Source of the DNA: a virus
Length of the DNA stretch: 64,000 nucleotides
Virus record (IMG/VR): IMGVR_UViG_3300042484_002041
Coordinates: 64,001-128,000 of that record
Reading direction: 5' to 3' (one strand)
The notes under the pieces: generated by a model
Told to the model about the DNA's origin: nothing
Databases searched by the model: none
The model's input: only the letters and a program-made list of their open reading frames with translations
In this document: piece by piece, positions 16,498-25,201 of the stretch
How the letters are laid out: each line of letters begins with the position of its first letter
How positions within the stretch are numbered: position 1 is the stretch's first letter
Position numbers and translations under genes: made by a program

Positions 16498-17712
16498 GAA
16501 ATCTAACGCAGCAGGCACTTCAGACATGACACGGCTGTATACTTGATCATGCAACCGGTACCGTGCTAGTTCGTAGTTTGCTTGCAGGCGGGGTTGGCAT
16601 CGTTGCCAAGCAGAAATAGCAAAATCTCGATCTTCTAAAAGTCTGCGATTTCGATCAATGGCTGCTGTGAGTCTATCAATTGGCCTAGTGATTACATCAT
16701 AGGAATGGTCAACTACATCATCGAACATATCAAACCCCAACTTGCGACAGTATTCGACTATGCCGAGCTGCCCCAGGACAATTGGTAGATTCATCCCATA
16801 TACTGAATTGATAAACTTTTCTGTCATATGAATACCAAATTTAAACTCAAAGGTAGTCTCATTAACAATTTCTACAGCCGAGTTTTCATATATTGGTCGT
16901 AGTCTTAGATCAAGATTTTCGGCATTACCATTGACTGTGGTATAAATTTGACTTGGAGGCTTAATATTATGCTCTTTGCCTCGTTCGGTACCTATCTCAA
17001 AAATTGATCCATATCTACTATCATCATCTGGAAGAAATGACCAATGCTGCTGCCAACGTGTGCGCCAATTATCGTTTGGTATGTTTATGCTTAACCAACC
17101 AGTTGCGTCTAATCCAAGCCCTTTAAGGTAGAGTGCTGCGCCCCATCGAGCTAGTCTTGCAATGCGAGTTAGACTAATCCAATGGTAGTTAGCTGCAAAG
17201 GATTTTTCTATCATATTAATATTCTGGTATTCTTCTTTTTGAAGCAAATAATCACTCCCCCAATGTATAATATGAAGATTTTCCAAACTCGGCCAAGTAT
17301 CCGGGAGATAGTGAGTACTAAATACAACAACTTTCATCTCGGGGTGAGTTTGAACAAAGTCAAGGAACTCATCGGAATACATTAATGCCTGATCGCAATG
17401 AAATATTAGGTGATTTCTTCCTTCCCACTCGTCGCATGCCTCTTTCCAAAGTACTCCAAATGGCTGGTAATATGCAGAAAACTCTATGTTTCGATCTTGA
17501 GTCATACGCATTATATTATTAATCATGTCAACAAAATACTGATCATTATGACGTTTAATGCCTAATAATTTAATCGGATGGCACCACTCAATACGATCAC
17601 AATAAAAATTGTCCGATACAGATAGTTCAGCATATAAGTTTTTTTCCTTCTGGCGCCAGTATTTTGGGTTAGGGCGCCGGGCAAGTATTTTTCGTATATC
17701 GTCATGATTCAT
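16489..17712 (-). CDS. 'TEK' glycosyltransferase-like protein (GT10-like), stand-alone copy
   Basis: VNET...MTEKF...GFDMFDDVVDHSYD; start placed at MNHDDIRK. Confidence 0.7.
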   Translation of the reverse strand: MNHDDIRKILARRPNPKYWRQKEKNLYAELSVSDNFYCDRIEWCHPIKLLGIKRHNDQYFVDMINNIMRMTQDRNIEFSAYYQPFGVLWKEACDEWEGRNHLIFHCDQALMYSDEFLDFVQTHPEMKVVVFSTHYLPDTWPSLENLHIIHWGSDYLLQKEEYQNINMIEKSFAANYHWISLTRIARLARWGAALYLKGLGLDATGWLSINIPNDNWRTRWQQHWSFLPDDDSRYGSIFEIGTERGKEHNIKPPSQIYTTVNGNAENLDLRLRPIYENSAVEIVNETTFEFKFGIHMTEKFINSVYGMNLPIVLGQLGIVEYCRKLGFDMFDDVVDHSYDVITRPIDRLTAAIDRNRRLLEDRDFAISAWQRCQPRLQANYELARYRLHDQVYSRVMSEVPAALDFLS

Positions 17713-17732
17713 ATTAATATATATACCGCACA

Positions 17733-18077
17733 ATGAAATACAATGTAAAATCACTTGATGGTCGGTACAGTTACAATAACTTGTTTGACTACTGTATTGA
17801 GTTTCATCCCACAATGAGTGTCTGGCACGGCCCCGAGGCATTCACTCAAGCTCAACAATGGTTTGTCGAAACATACGGCTGGAGTGCCGAAGTACGGCTG
17901 TGGACCGAGTTAAGTAAGTGGCGTAGCTGGGGCGGGAAGATAACAACTCAACTTGATCTCTCCGAGTACTGTAACCCGCTGTGGAGCTATTCAATCGAAA
18001 ATGCCAACCTTCGAATTTATGTTGCATCCGAAAAAGAGCTGATGTTTTTCCAACTGTCCCACCCCTGCACGAACTAA
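17733..18077 (+). CDS. Hypothetical protein
   Basis: Ends RIYVASEKELMFFQL. Confidence 0.6.
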   Translation: MKYNVKSLDGRYSYNNLFDYCIEFHPTMSVWHGPEAFTQAQQWFVETYGWSAEVRLWTELSKWRSWGGKITTQLDLSEYCNPLWSYSIENANLRIYVASEKELMFFQLSHPCTN

Positions 18078-18084
18078 TCACGAT

Positions 18085-18113
18085 TTGACCATTAATTCAA
18101 CTTGTGCTATAAT
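18085..18113 (+). promoter_or_regulatory. sigma70-type early promoter
   Basis: TTGACC-17-TATAAT with extended TG. Confidence 0.8.
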
Positions 18114-18145
18114 GTAAGCATACGGTAAAGAACAAGGAGTTAGAA

Positions 18146-19456
18146 ATGACAAGTGTTTTGCACGCCACAGCAGGTACCACTGCTACCAAAGAAGATGCCA
18201 AGAAGTTTGCGGCCCTAATAGGCCCCACTGACCCCAAGGTAGATCGCGAAGTTCGCGAGATGTTGATCACTGCTCGAATTGGCATGTTGCTGCGCGCCAG
18301 CTTCTTTGGCAATCTTGCTACTCGTCTCAAGATGATCAATGCCGACGAGTGGTGTGCCACTGCTGCCACTGACGGACGGTGCTTCTATTACAATAGCCGC
18401 TTTATCAAGATGCTGCGGCCCAAGGAGATTGAGTTCCTGTTCGGGCACGAAGTCCTGCACTGTGTCTATGATCACTTTGGGCGACGTGGTGATCGGGATC
18501 CGCAGTTGTGGAATATTGCCAATGACTTCTGTGTTAACGCCGACCTTAAGAAACACAAGGTTGGTGAGCTGATCACTTCTGTGCCTTGCTTGTACGATCC
18601 CAAGTATGACGGCATGAGCTCTGAAGAAGTATACGACGAGCTGTTCAAGAACGTTAAGAAGATCAATATCATTCAGTTAATCGACAAGATGATCGACGAG
18701 CACATGGACGGCGACGAAGGCGAGGGCGAAGAAGGCGAGGACGGCAATCAGTCAAGCAAGGGCGGCGATAAATCAGGCAAGGGCCGTCCTAAACTCAGTG
18801 ACGAAGAGCGTGAAAAAGTACGCGACGAGATCAAAGAAGCCATGATGGCTGCTGCACAGACTTGTGATGCTGGCAACATACCGCTTGGGGTCAAGCGCCT
18901 GATACAGGACCTAACTGAACCCAAGATGAACTGGCGCGAGCTGTTGCGCATGCAAATAGAGTCGACTATCAAGTCGGACTATACTTGGATGAAGGCCAGT
19001 CGCAAGGGCTGGCACGTTGATGCAATCATGCCCGGGATGAAGACTGCAGAAACAATCGACATTGCTATAGCAATTGACACGTCGGGCTCAATCTCAAGTG
19101 AACAAGCTCGAGACTTCCTTAGCGAGATTCGTGGCATCATGGAAACGTTCGATAACTATCGTATCCATGTGTTTACGTTTGATACTGAGGTGTACAATCC
19201 GCAACAATACAATTCAGACACACTGGAGGACATCGAGGAATACGATATCCAGGGTGGTGGTGGTACTGCCTTTGAAGCAATCTTTGACTATCTCAAGGGT
19301 GCCGATCTTGAGCCCAAGCGCCTGTTAGTATTCACAGACGGCTACCCAGGCGGCACCTGGGGAGATGAAAACTACTGTGACACTGTTTGGATTATACACG
19401 GGGACAAGAATCCCGACCCGCCCTTTGGCACTTGGGCCTTGTACGAAGAAGACTAA
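18146..19456 (+). CDS. DUF2201-type metallopeptidase/vWA protein (MoxR partner)
   Basis: TAATDG, HEVLH (HExxH), acidic linker, MIDAS DTSGS, GGGGT, FTDG. Confidence 0.88.
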   Translation: MTSVLHATAGTTATKEDAKKFAALIGPTDPKVDREVREMLITARIGMLLRASFFGNLATRLKMINADEWCATAATDGRCFYYNSRFIKMLRPKEIEFLFGHEVLHCVYDHFGRRGDRDPQLWNIANDFCVNADLKKHKVGELITSVPCLYDPKYDGMSSEEVYDELFKNVKKINIIQLIDKMIDEHMDGDEGEGEEGEDGNQSSKGGDKSGKGRPKLSDEEREKVRDEIKEAMMAAAQTCDAGNIPLGVKRLIQDLTEPKMNWRELLRMQIESTIKSDYTWMKASRKGWHVDAIMPGMKTAETIDIAIAIDTSGSISSEQARDFLSEIRGIMETFDNYRIHVFTFDTEVYNPQQYNSDTLEDIEEYDIQGGGGTAFEAIFDYLKGADLEPKRLLVFTDGYPGGTWGDENYCDTVWIIHGDKNPDPPFGTWALYEED

Positions 19457-19457
19457 T

Positions 19458-19510
19458 TTGCCCAAAATCACTAAGTGAAATAAAATCACTTAGTGATTAC
19501 TACTTAAATA
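19458..19510 (+). promoter_or_regulatory. Promoter with tandem palindromic operator-like sites
   Basis: TTGCCC-17-TAAAAT; TCACTAAGTGA (19468-19478) and TCACTTAGTGA (19486-19496); TAAATA 19505-19510. Confidence 0.6.
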
Positions 19511-19515
19511 TCATT

Positions 19516-19722
19516 ATGACAACCGACATCGAACTGACCATTAAAGACATTGCAGCGGTCAAAGACATCATCGAACTTGCATCTCGCCGCGGAGCATTCC
19601 AGGCCGACGAACTAACTTCGGTAGGTACCACTTACGATCGCATTGTTCAATTTATTAACCACATTGTTGCTCGTGCCCAAGCAGCCGAGCAAGCCCAACT
19701 AGGAGTCCCCGCTAATGATTAA
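19516..19722 (+). CDS. Hypothetical phage protein
   Basis: MTTDIELTIKD...ASRRGAFQADEL. Confidence 0.7.
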   Translation: MTTDIELTIKDIAAVKDIIELASRRGAFQADELTSVGTTYDRIVQFINHIVARAQAAEQAQLGVPAND

Positions 19723-20401
19723 ACATATTGGAAAACACAGTGACCGCAAGGTAGCTATTGTATTTCGTGAAGTGCCAGGTGAAGAGCATATGGCTCTTGT
19801 CATCTACCCCGACGTGATGCCTATTAGCATGCACGACACGATCATGAAAGTGATCGAAAGCCCGGTAGGGCAAGCTGCTGATAACTTGGGCGATGCACTG
19901 TTCCGTAGCCTGTTGTCCGATGGGCGTCCTATCCTGCAAACCTTGCATGCCGAAAACATGATCAAGAAGGTGCAAGCCAAACAGATCGTAGTAACGCCCA
20001 ATGCCACTAGCCATGTGAACCTTGCAGAGATGAACGAGATCCTTCGTAAGATGTCCTTGGGTAAACAAGCTATTAGAGAAATGGCCGAGCTTGATTCTAA
20101 CCGTGGCATGACCGGTAAGGTCAAGCAACGTGATGATTTCGGACGCGAAGTCGGTGCTGGCAGCAACCTAGGGCGCGGCTCCAATGTAGCAGGGTCAGAT
20201 GCTGCACTAGCAATTGACGACGCTGGACTTGCTGCGGATCTTCAAACTCAGGCTCAACGCATGGCAGCAGAAGCCCGCGGACTCTTAGCTGAAAGTGATC
20301 GTTTGATGAGAGAATCGGCTCAACTTTCCGGAACAGCAACTGTCACCGAAAAAGCAACACGTGGTCGCCCCAAGAAGGCCAAGTCCACCGATGCAGCCTA
20401 A
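19715..20401 (+). CDS. Hypothetical phage protein with C-terminal RGRPKK basic motif
   Basis: AGGAG RBS; AT-hook-like terminus. Confidence 0.7.
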   Translation: MIKHIGKHSDRKVAIVFREVPGEEHMALVIYPDVMPISMHDTIMKVIESPVGQAADNLGDALFRSLLSDGRPILQTLHAENMIKKVQAKQIVVTPNATSHVNLAEMNEILRKMSLGKQAIREMAELDSNRGMTGKVKQRDDFGREVGAGSNLGRGSNVAGSDAALAIDDAGLAADLQTQAQRMAAEARGLLAESDRLMRESAQLSGTATVTEKATRGRPKKAKSTDAA

Positions 20402-20693
20402 CCCGGATTTTTTAGACCAGTGGGGCAGGATCGTCAATGATGTTGAAAAAGATCATGTCCCTATCGAGTGTGTCAAGAAAGTAATATTCCGACACAACGA
20501 TCGTCGTCAGAAAACTTTAAATCTAACAAATCTTCGACGGCAGAATCTTGTCAGTGATGAGATTTCAGCAATCGTCGAACGTTACATACAAGAGAACGAA
20601 GACGAAATTAATAGCATGGAATTTGTTCTTGATGTCGAAGCTGTAGCTGCGATACTTCAACCTGAAACTGATAAGTTACTTAAAGATATTTGA
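20391..20693 (+). CDS. Hypothetical phage protein
   Basis: MQPNPDFLDQW...; overlapping coupling. Confidence 0.65.
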   Translation: MQPNPDFLDQWGRIVNDVEKDHVPIECVKKVIFRHNDRRQKTLNLTNLRRQNLVSDEISAIVERYIQENEDEINSMEFVLDVEAVAAILQPETDKLLKDI

Positions 20694-21400
20694 TGATTGC
20701 GATTGCGGGAGACAGCTGGGGATGCGGGTTGTGGGGAGCCGATGTTGAAACTATAAACGTCAGTCGGCCCAATGGATCGAATCAAGATTCCATTAATCAG
20801 CTCGCAGCTCTATTAGATAATAGTCCGCATCTTAAAATTGATCAAGCTGTGGTCTTCCAGACCGAGTATATTCGAGATCTGCATAACGGACCAAAGGTAA
20901 CTGATAACTATCAAGTCACAGTCAATAACACAATATCTAACTTTTACTACCGTCTAAGTGATCTTGCCACAAAACACAATGTACAGATTCAACTGGTAGG
21001 CGGATTTAGTGATACTATTTGGCTTGATAAATTTGCCCAAGAATACCCTGGTGTCAATCTTGCTTGCCAAAGCGTGACTAATTTATTGTTAAGCAGCAAG
21101 TCTAAAATTAATACAGATTACCGATATCTAATTCATGATGATTCAGTTATCGATACGCCAGTCTTCTCTACATACAGTAATAAACTCGATGCGCCGGTAA
21201 TCGAGCAAATGAAACAGAACTGTGGCCCTGGCGAAGTGGACCAACTAACGGATGCTATTGCAGCTGGTCGGCACCGAGCTACATTATGGCAAGCTCATCC
21301 AGAATGGTTTAGTGATGACGGACTTTATCTTAGTGCTCGCAGTTGTGCTACAATAGCAGATTACTTAATTTCCAACCAACACATTAGAAAGACAATATGA
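20690..21400 (+). CDS. SGNH-like protein, possibly degenerate
   Basis: GDSWG motif; paralog of 46165-46902 but lacks the C-terminal His. Confidence 0.55.
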   Translation: MMIAIAGDSWGCGLWGADVETINVSRPNGSNQDSINQLAALLDNSPHLKIDQAVVFQTEYIRDLHNGPKVTDNYQVTVNNTISNFYYRLSDLATKHNVQIQLVGGFSDTIWLDKFAQEYPGVNLACQSVTNLLLSSKSKINTDYRYLIHDDSVIDTPVFSTYSNKLDAPVIEQMKQNCGPGEVDQLTDAIAAGRHRATLWQAHPEWFSDDGLYLSARSCATIADYLISNQHIRKTI

Positions 21401-22083
21401 ATGTTCGCCTGCTCAGCTACAGTCAACCCACAGCTGAATTTAAAGAACTTGGTATCGCCGATGCGCAAGAACTCATTGCCTATTGCGCCCGTGTGTCCAA
21501 TCCCAGCAATCAACTTAATACAGAAACAAGCGAAAAACTCATCCGATACTTGGTCAAGCACCAGCACTGGAGCCCACTCGAAATGGTCAGTGCCTGTATC
21601 GAAATTACCACAACAAGAGATATTGCCCGACAGATCCTGCGCCACCGTAGCTTCAGTTTCCAAGAATTCAGCCAACGATATGCTGACCCTACTAAAGACC
21701 TCTCGTTCGTACTTAGGGATGCCAGACTGCAAGACACAAAGAATCGACAGAATTCAGTCGACCTTGACCTCGGTAATGCCAGCCAACGAGAACTTAGCCG
21801 CTTGTGGATTGAAAAACAACAGGAAGTTATACGAACAGCAACCGATGCCTACACCTGGGCTGTCACTAACGGCATAGCCAAGGAACAGGCTCGTGCTGTT
21901 CTGCCCGAAGGTATTACTGAAAGTAGGCTTTACATGAATGGCACCTTGCGCAGCTGGATTCACTTTCTTGAGCTGCGCAGTGCAAATGGCACACAAAAGG
22001 AACACCAAGAAGTGGCTGTTGCTTGTGCCAAGGTAATTGCTACAGTGTTCCCAATAGCTGCGGATCTAGTTGCTGCAACATAA
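21397..22083 (+). CDS. thyX: FAD-dependent thymidylate synthase ThyX
   Basis: HWSPLE, RHRSFSFQEFSQRY, EQARAVLP motifs. Confidence 0.95.
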   Translation: MNVRLLSYSQPTAEFKELGIADAQELIAYCARVSNPSNQLNTETSEKLIRYLVKHQHWSPLEMVSACIEITTTRDIARQILRHRSFSFQEFSQRYADPTKDLSFVLRDARLQDTKNRQNSVDLDLGNASQRELSRLWIEKQQEVIRTATDAYTWAVTNGIAKEQARAVLPEGITESRLYMNGTLRSWIHFLELRSANGTQKEHQEVAVACAKVIATVFPIAADLVAAT

Positions 22084-22085
22084 CT

Positions 22086-22370
22086 GTGGCAGATTACCAA
22101 GTCCGTATAGTCGATGGTGTTCCTGTAGCCAGCAGCACCGTTAGTGTACACGAATTCCATGTAGGCGATGTTGAGGAGCCTACTGTATTAGCTGGATTTT
22201 TAATTGGCGAATGGGAAAGTACCGTGATCGGAAAGTGGGTTAAGGAAAATTCCATTGGGCCATTGCATTGGCAGAGCATGCACGACATGTCATACATGGG
22301 ATATCGATACTGCATAATTGCTCGTATGACTGAAGCTAATCAAGTTTTTTTCAAACTAAAATTTAAATGA
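22086..22370 (+). CDS. Hypothetical protein (C-terminal F-x-L-K-F family)
   Basis: GTG start after the thyX stop; ends VFFKLKFK. Confidence 0.6.
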   Translation: MADYQVRIVDGVPVASSTVSVHEFHVGDVEEPTVLAGFLIGEWESTVIGKWVKENSIGPLHWQSMHDMSYMGYRYCIIARMTEANQVFFKLKFK

Positions 22371-23332
22371 ACATTCTAGTCACAGGTGGATATGGCTTGA
22401 TCGGGCACAATGTTGTCCAACGCCTGGTTGCGCAGGGACAGCATACGGTGTCCATCCTTGATAACAAGACCAACTACGGCATTATCCCGCAAGCAGAACT
22501 AAAGTACTTGATGGCCGAACGCCGGGCCAAGATCAACAATCATCCTTGCTGGCTCAGATCAATCGAAAATGCCAACAGTGTCGACCGTGTGATCATAACA
22601 CAACGGCCTGAAGTGATAGTTCACATGGCATCGTTTCCCCGGCAAAAAGTAGTCAACGCCGACCCGGCAGCCGGTGCCGATGTCATGATGCGTGGGTTGA
22701 TCAACCTGCTCGAGAGTGCCAAATCACACGGCGTTCGACGGTTTGTGTACATTAGTTCAAGCATGGTTTATGGGAACTTCACAGATCAAGTACGCGAAGA
22801 TGCTCCGTGTGAGCCTCAAGGGCAGTACGGCATTATGAAGCTAGCAGGCGAGTGGCTGGTCAAAGACTATGCGCGTCGCACCGGCATGGAGTATGTGATC
22901 ATTCGTCCCAGCGCAGTATACGGCCCACTAGATGTAGAAGACCGTGTAGTGGCCAAGTTCATGCTGACAGCAATGCGTGGCGGGACACTTAAGGTAAACG
23001 GGTCTGGGGAGACTCTGGACTTTACCTATGTTGACGATGCTGCAGATGGTATTGTTGCTGCTACACTGACTGTGGCCAAGAATCGAACGTACAACATTAC
23101 CAAAAGTCATTCCGTAAGCCTGCTGCAAGCCGCAGAGATGATAGTCAAGATTGTAGGCAAAGGTAGGATCGAAGTACGTGATCGTGATGCCGACTTCCCG
23201 AGTCGCGGTTCCCTTGACATTACTGCAGCCAGGCAGTATCTTGGTTTTGATCCACAAGTTGATGTCGAAGAAGGGTTCCAACGTTACTATCAGTGGCTAT
23301 CAACATCTTCGTACTGGAATCAACTTATATAA
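22367..23332 (+). CDS. NAD-dependent nucleotide-sugar epimerase/dehydratase
   Basis: TGGYGLIG, SSSMVYG, YGIMK (YxxxK), DFTYVDD. Confidence 0.92.
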   Translation: MNILVTGGYGLIGHNVVQRLVAQGQHTVSILDNKTNYGIIPQAELKYLMAERRAKINNHPCWLRSIENANSVDRVIITQRPEVIVHMASFPRQKVVNADPAAGADVMMRGLINLLESAKSHGVRRFVYISSSMVYGNFTDQVREDAPCEPQGQYGIMKLAGEWLVKDYARRTGMEYVIIRPSAVYGPLDVEDRVVAKFMLTAMRGGTLKVNGSGETLDFTYVDDAADGIVAATLTVAKNRTYNITKSHSVSLLQAAEMIVKIVGKGRIEVRDRDADFPSRGSLDITAARQYLGFDPQVDVEEGFQRYYQWLSTSSYWNQLI

Positions 23333-24078
23333 TGCGATTATTTACAAACGGTTGTAGTTTTACTGAAGGATACGATCTGCCAGATCCGTCAATGGCCTGG
23401 CCGTCAGTTCTATCAAATAGTATTAAATGCGACGTAAATAATATTGCATTAGGCGGATGTAGTAATGACCGTATATTTCGTACAACTATCGAATATTTTA
23501 ATATTCATACTGCACCCGACATTGTAATTATCGGTTGGACATTTAATGATCGTGCTGAGTTAAGTCATCATTCAGGGGTTAGATTAAGATTAACGTCGAA
23601 TGCTTGCTTGCCAGACACAACCGAAATGACCGAAGATCTAACCCTTGTGCATAAATTTTGGACTACACAGTTACACAATCGATACTTAAACTATCATGCA
23701 TGGGTTCATTCTATGTTACATTTACAAGAGTATTTTAAATCTAAAAAGATTCAATATCTGTTTTTTACAGCAATAGGCAATGATTACATACACGAATTTA
23801 TCAACAATACAGACCTTGCACTAGAGCTTGCAGATCAGTCCTGGCAATGGAGAGATCGGGCTCGATATGCCCCATTCCGAAACATACATCGAGAATATCA
23901 GGATCTTAGATTGTGTATTGCCAAGATTGATCTCACCCATTGGGTAAGTCAGGCAAATTATACCATGGGTCAATATTTACTAAATCAAGGATTTAAATCT
24001 GACTGCACTGGGCACTATCACAGCGATGGACACCTGGCCTGGGCCGATCATCTTCGGGAATATATTAAAGGTGTCTAA
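23332..24078 (+). CDS. SGNH-family protein
   Basis: NGCSFT, GCSN, GWT, C-terminal GHY..DGH. Confidence 0.7.
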   Translation: MRLFTNGCSFTEGYDLPDPSMAWPSVLSNSIKCDVNNIALGGCSNDRIFRTTIEYFNIHTAPDIVIIGWTFNDRAELSHHSGVRLRLTSNACLPDTTEMTEDLTLVHKFWTTQLHNRYLNYHAWVHSMLHLQEYFKSKKIQYLFFTAIGNDYIHEFINNTDLALELADQSWQWRDRARYAPFRNIHREYQDLRLCIAKIDLTHWVSQANYTMGQYLLNQGFKSDCTGHYHSDGHLAWADHLREYIKGV

Positions 24079-25201
24079 TTTGTCAATCCCATTCTTTGGT
24101 CTTGACCGGCAATACCGCAATTTGCGCAAAGAGATCCTGGATGTTACGGATCAGGTATACAGCAGCGGCCAAGTACTAGACGGTTACTATACCAGGGTCT
24201 TCGAGGATGCCATCGCTCAAAGATGCAACCGAGAGTATGCAGTATCAGTCAACAGTGCCACTACAGGCCTGTTCTTTGCCATGCAGTGTGCGCCTGCTGT
24301 TGATATAGATAATGAAGTACTGATCCCAAGTCTAAGCTTCCCTGCCACATTAAACGCTGCCAACACCCGCGAGCACTTGGTCCGTATGTGTGATGTCAGT
24401 CCCGATGGATTGATCGACTTCGGAAGTCTTCCTACTACCTTGAGCCAGAGTCGTGTTGCTGTAATCATGTACGTTAACTTATTCGGCAACACAGTGGACT
24501 GGGAGAGATTTAACTTAGAGACCAAGTTCTTTGGCGGTGATAACTTCTTTGTAATCGAGGATGCTGCACAAAGCTTCGGTGCAAGTTCGCGTGGGGTGCC
24601 GTCGGGCAAGATGGGCGATGTTAGTGTACTAAGCTTTGACCCTACCAAGAACTTGCCCAACTATGGCTCTGGTGGCATGGTGTTGACTGACGATCCCACA
24701 ACCTTTAACCTACTACTCAATCTTAGAAACAACTGCAAAGAAGACGAACATGCTTATGTGGGGTATAACAGCAAGATGAGTGAGGCAGATTGCGCACAAA
24801 TGATGGTCAAGCTGGCGCACTTTGACAGCTGGCAAAAACGTCGTACTGCTATTGCTGAATACTATAACGAGAGGCTGGCCGCGTATGTTGACCTTCCGGG
24901 CATTACAGCAGGCACTACACATGCTTGGCACAAGTATGTGATTCGAACTCCAGCACGGGATCGTTTGCAACTAGACTTGGCTGCAAGGCAAACAATGACC
25001 CGTATACATTACGAAAAATCATTGCCCGAATATGATCTCGGTAGTCTAGCACTGGGAACCGATAACATGCTAGATGACATCAATCATTGGGAAGTCACGG
25101 CGTTCTGCCATGAGTGCCTGAGCTTGCCGATATACCCTGAGCTAACTGATGCCGAGGTCGAAACTGTGGTTAGTCAGGTAAGAGGTTTCTTCTCAGCATA
25201 G
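24071..25201 (+). CDS. DegT/DnrJ/EryC1/StrS PLP-dependent sugar aminotransferase
   Basis: EDAAQS, SFDPTKNL (PLP Lys), GGMV, LSLPIYP; start approximate (GTG). Confidence 0.92.
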   Translation: MSNLSIPFFGLDRQYRNLRKEILDVTDQVYSSGQVLDGYYTRVFEDAIAQRCNREYAVSVNSATTGLFFAMQCAPAVDIDNEVLIPSLSFPATLNAANTREHLVRMCDVSPDGLIDFGSLPTTLSQSRVAVIMYVNLFGNTVDWERFNLETKFFGGDNFFVIEDAAQSFGASSRGVPSGKMGDVSVLSFDPTKNLPNYGSGGMVLTDDPTTFNLLLNLRNNCKEDEHAYVGYNSKMSEADCAQMMVKLAHFDSWQKRRTAIAEYYNERLAAYVDLPGITAGTTHAWHKYVIRTPARDRLQLDLAARQTMTRIHYEKSLPEYDLGSLALGTDNMLDDINHWEVTAFCHECLSLPIYPELTDAEVETVVSQVRGFFSA

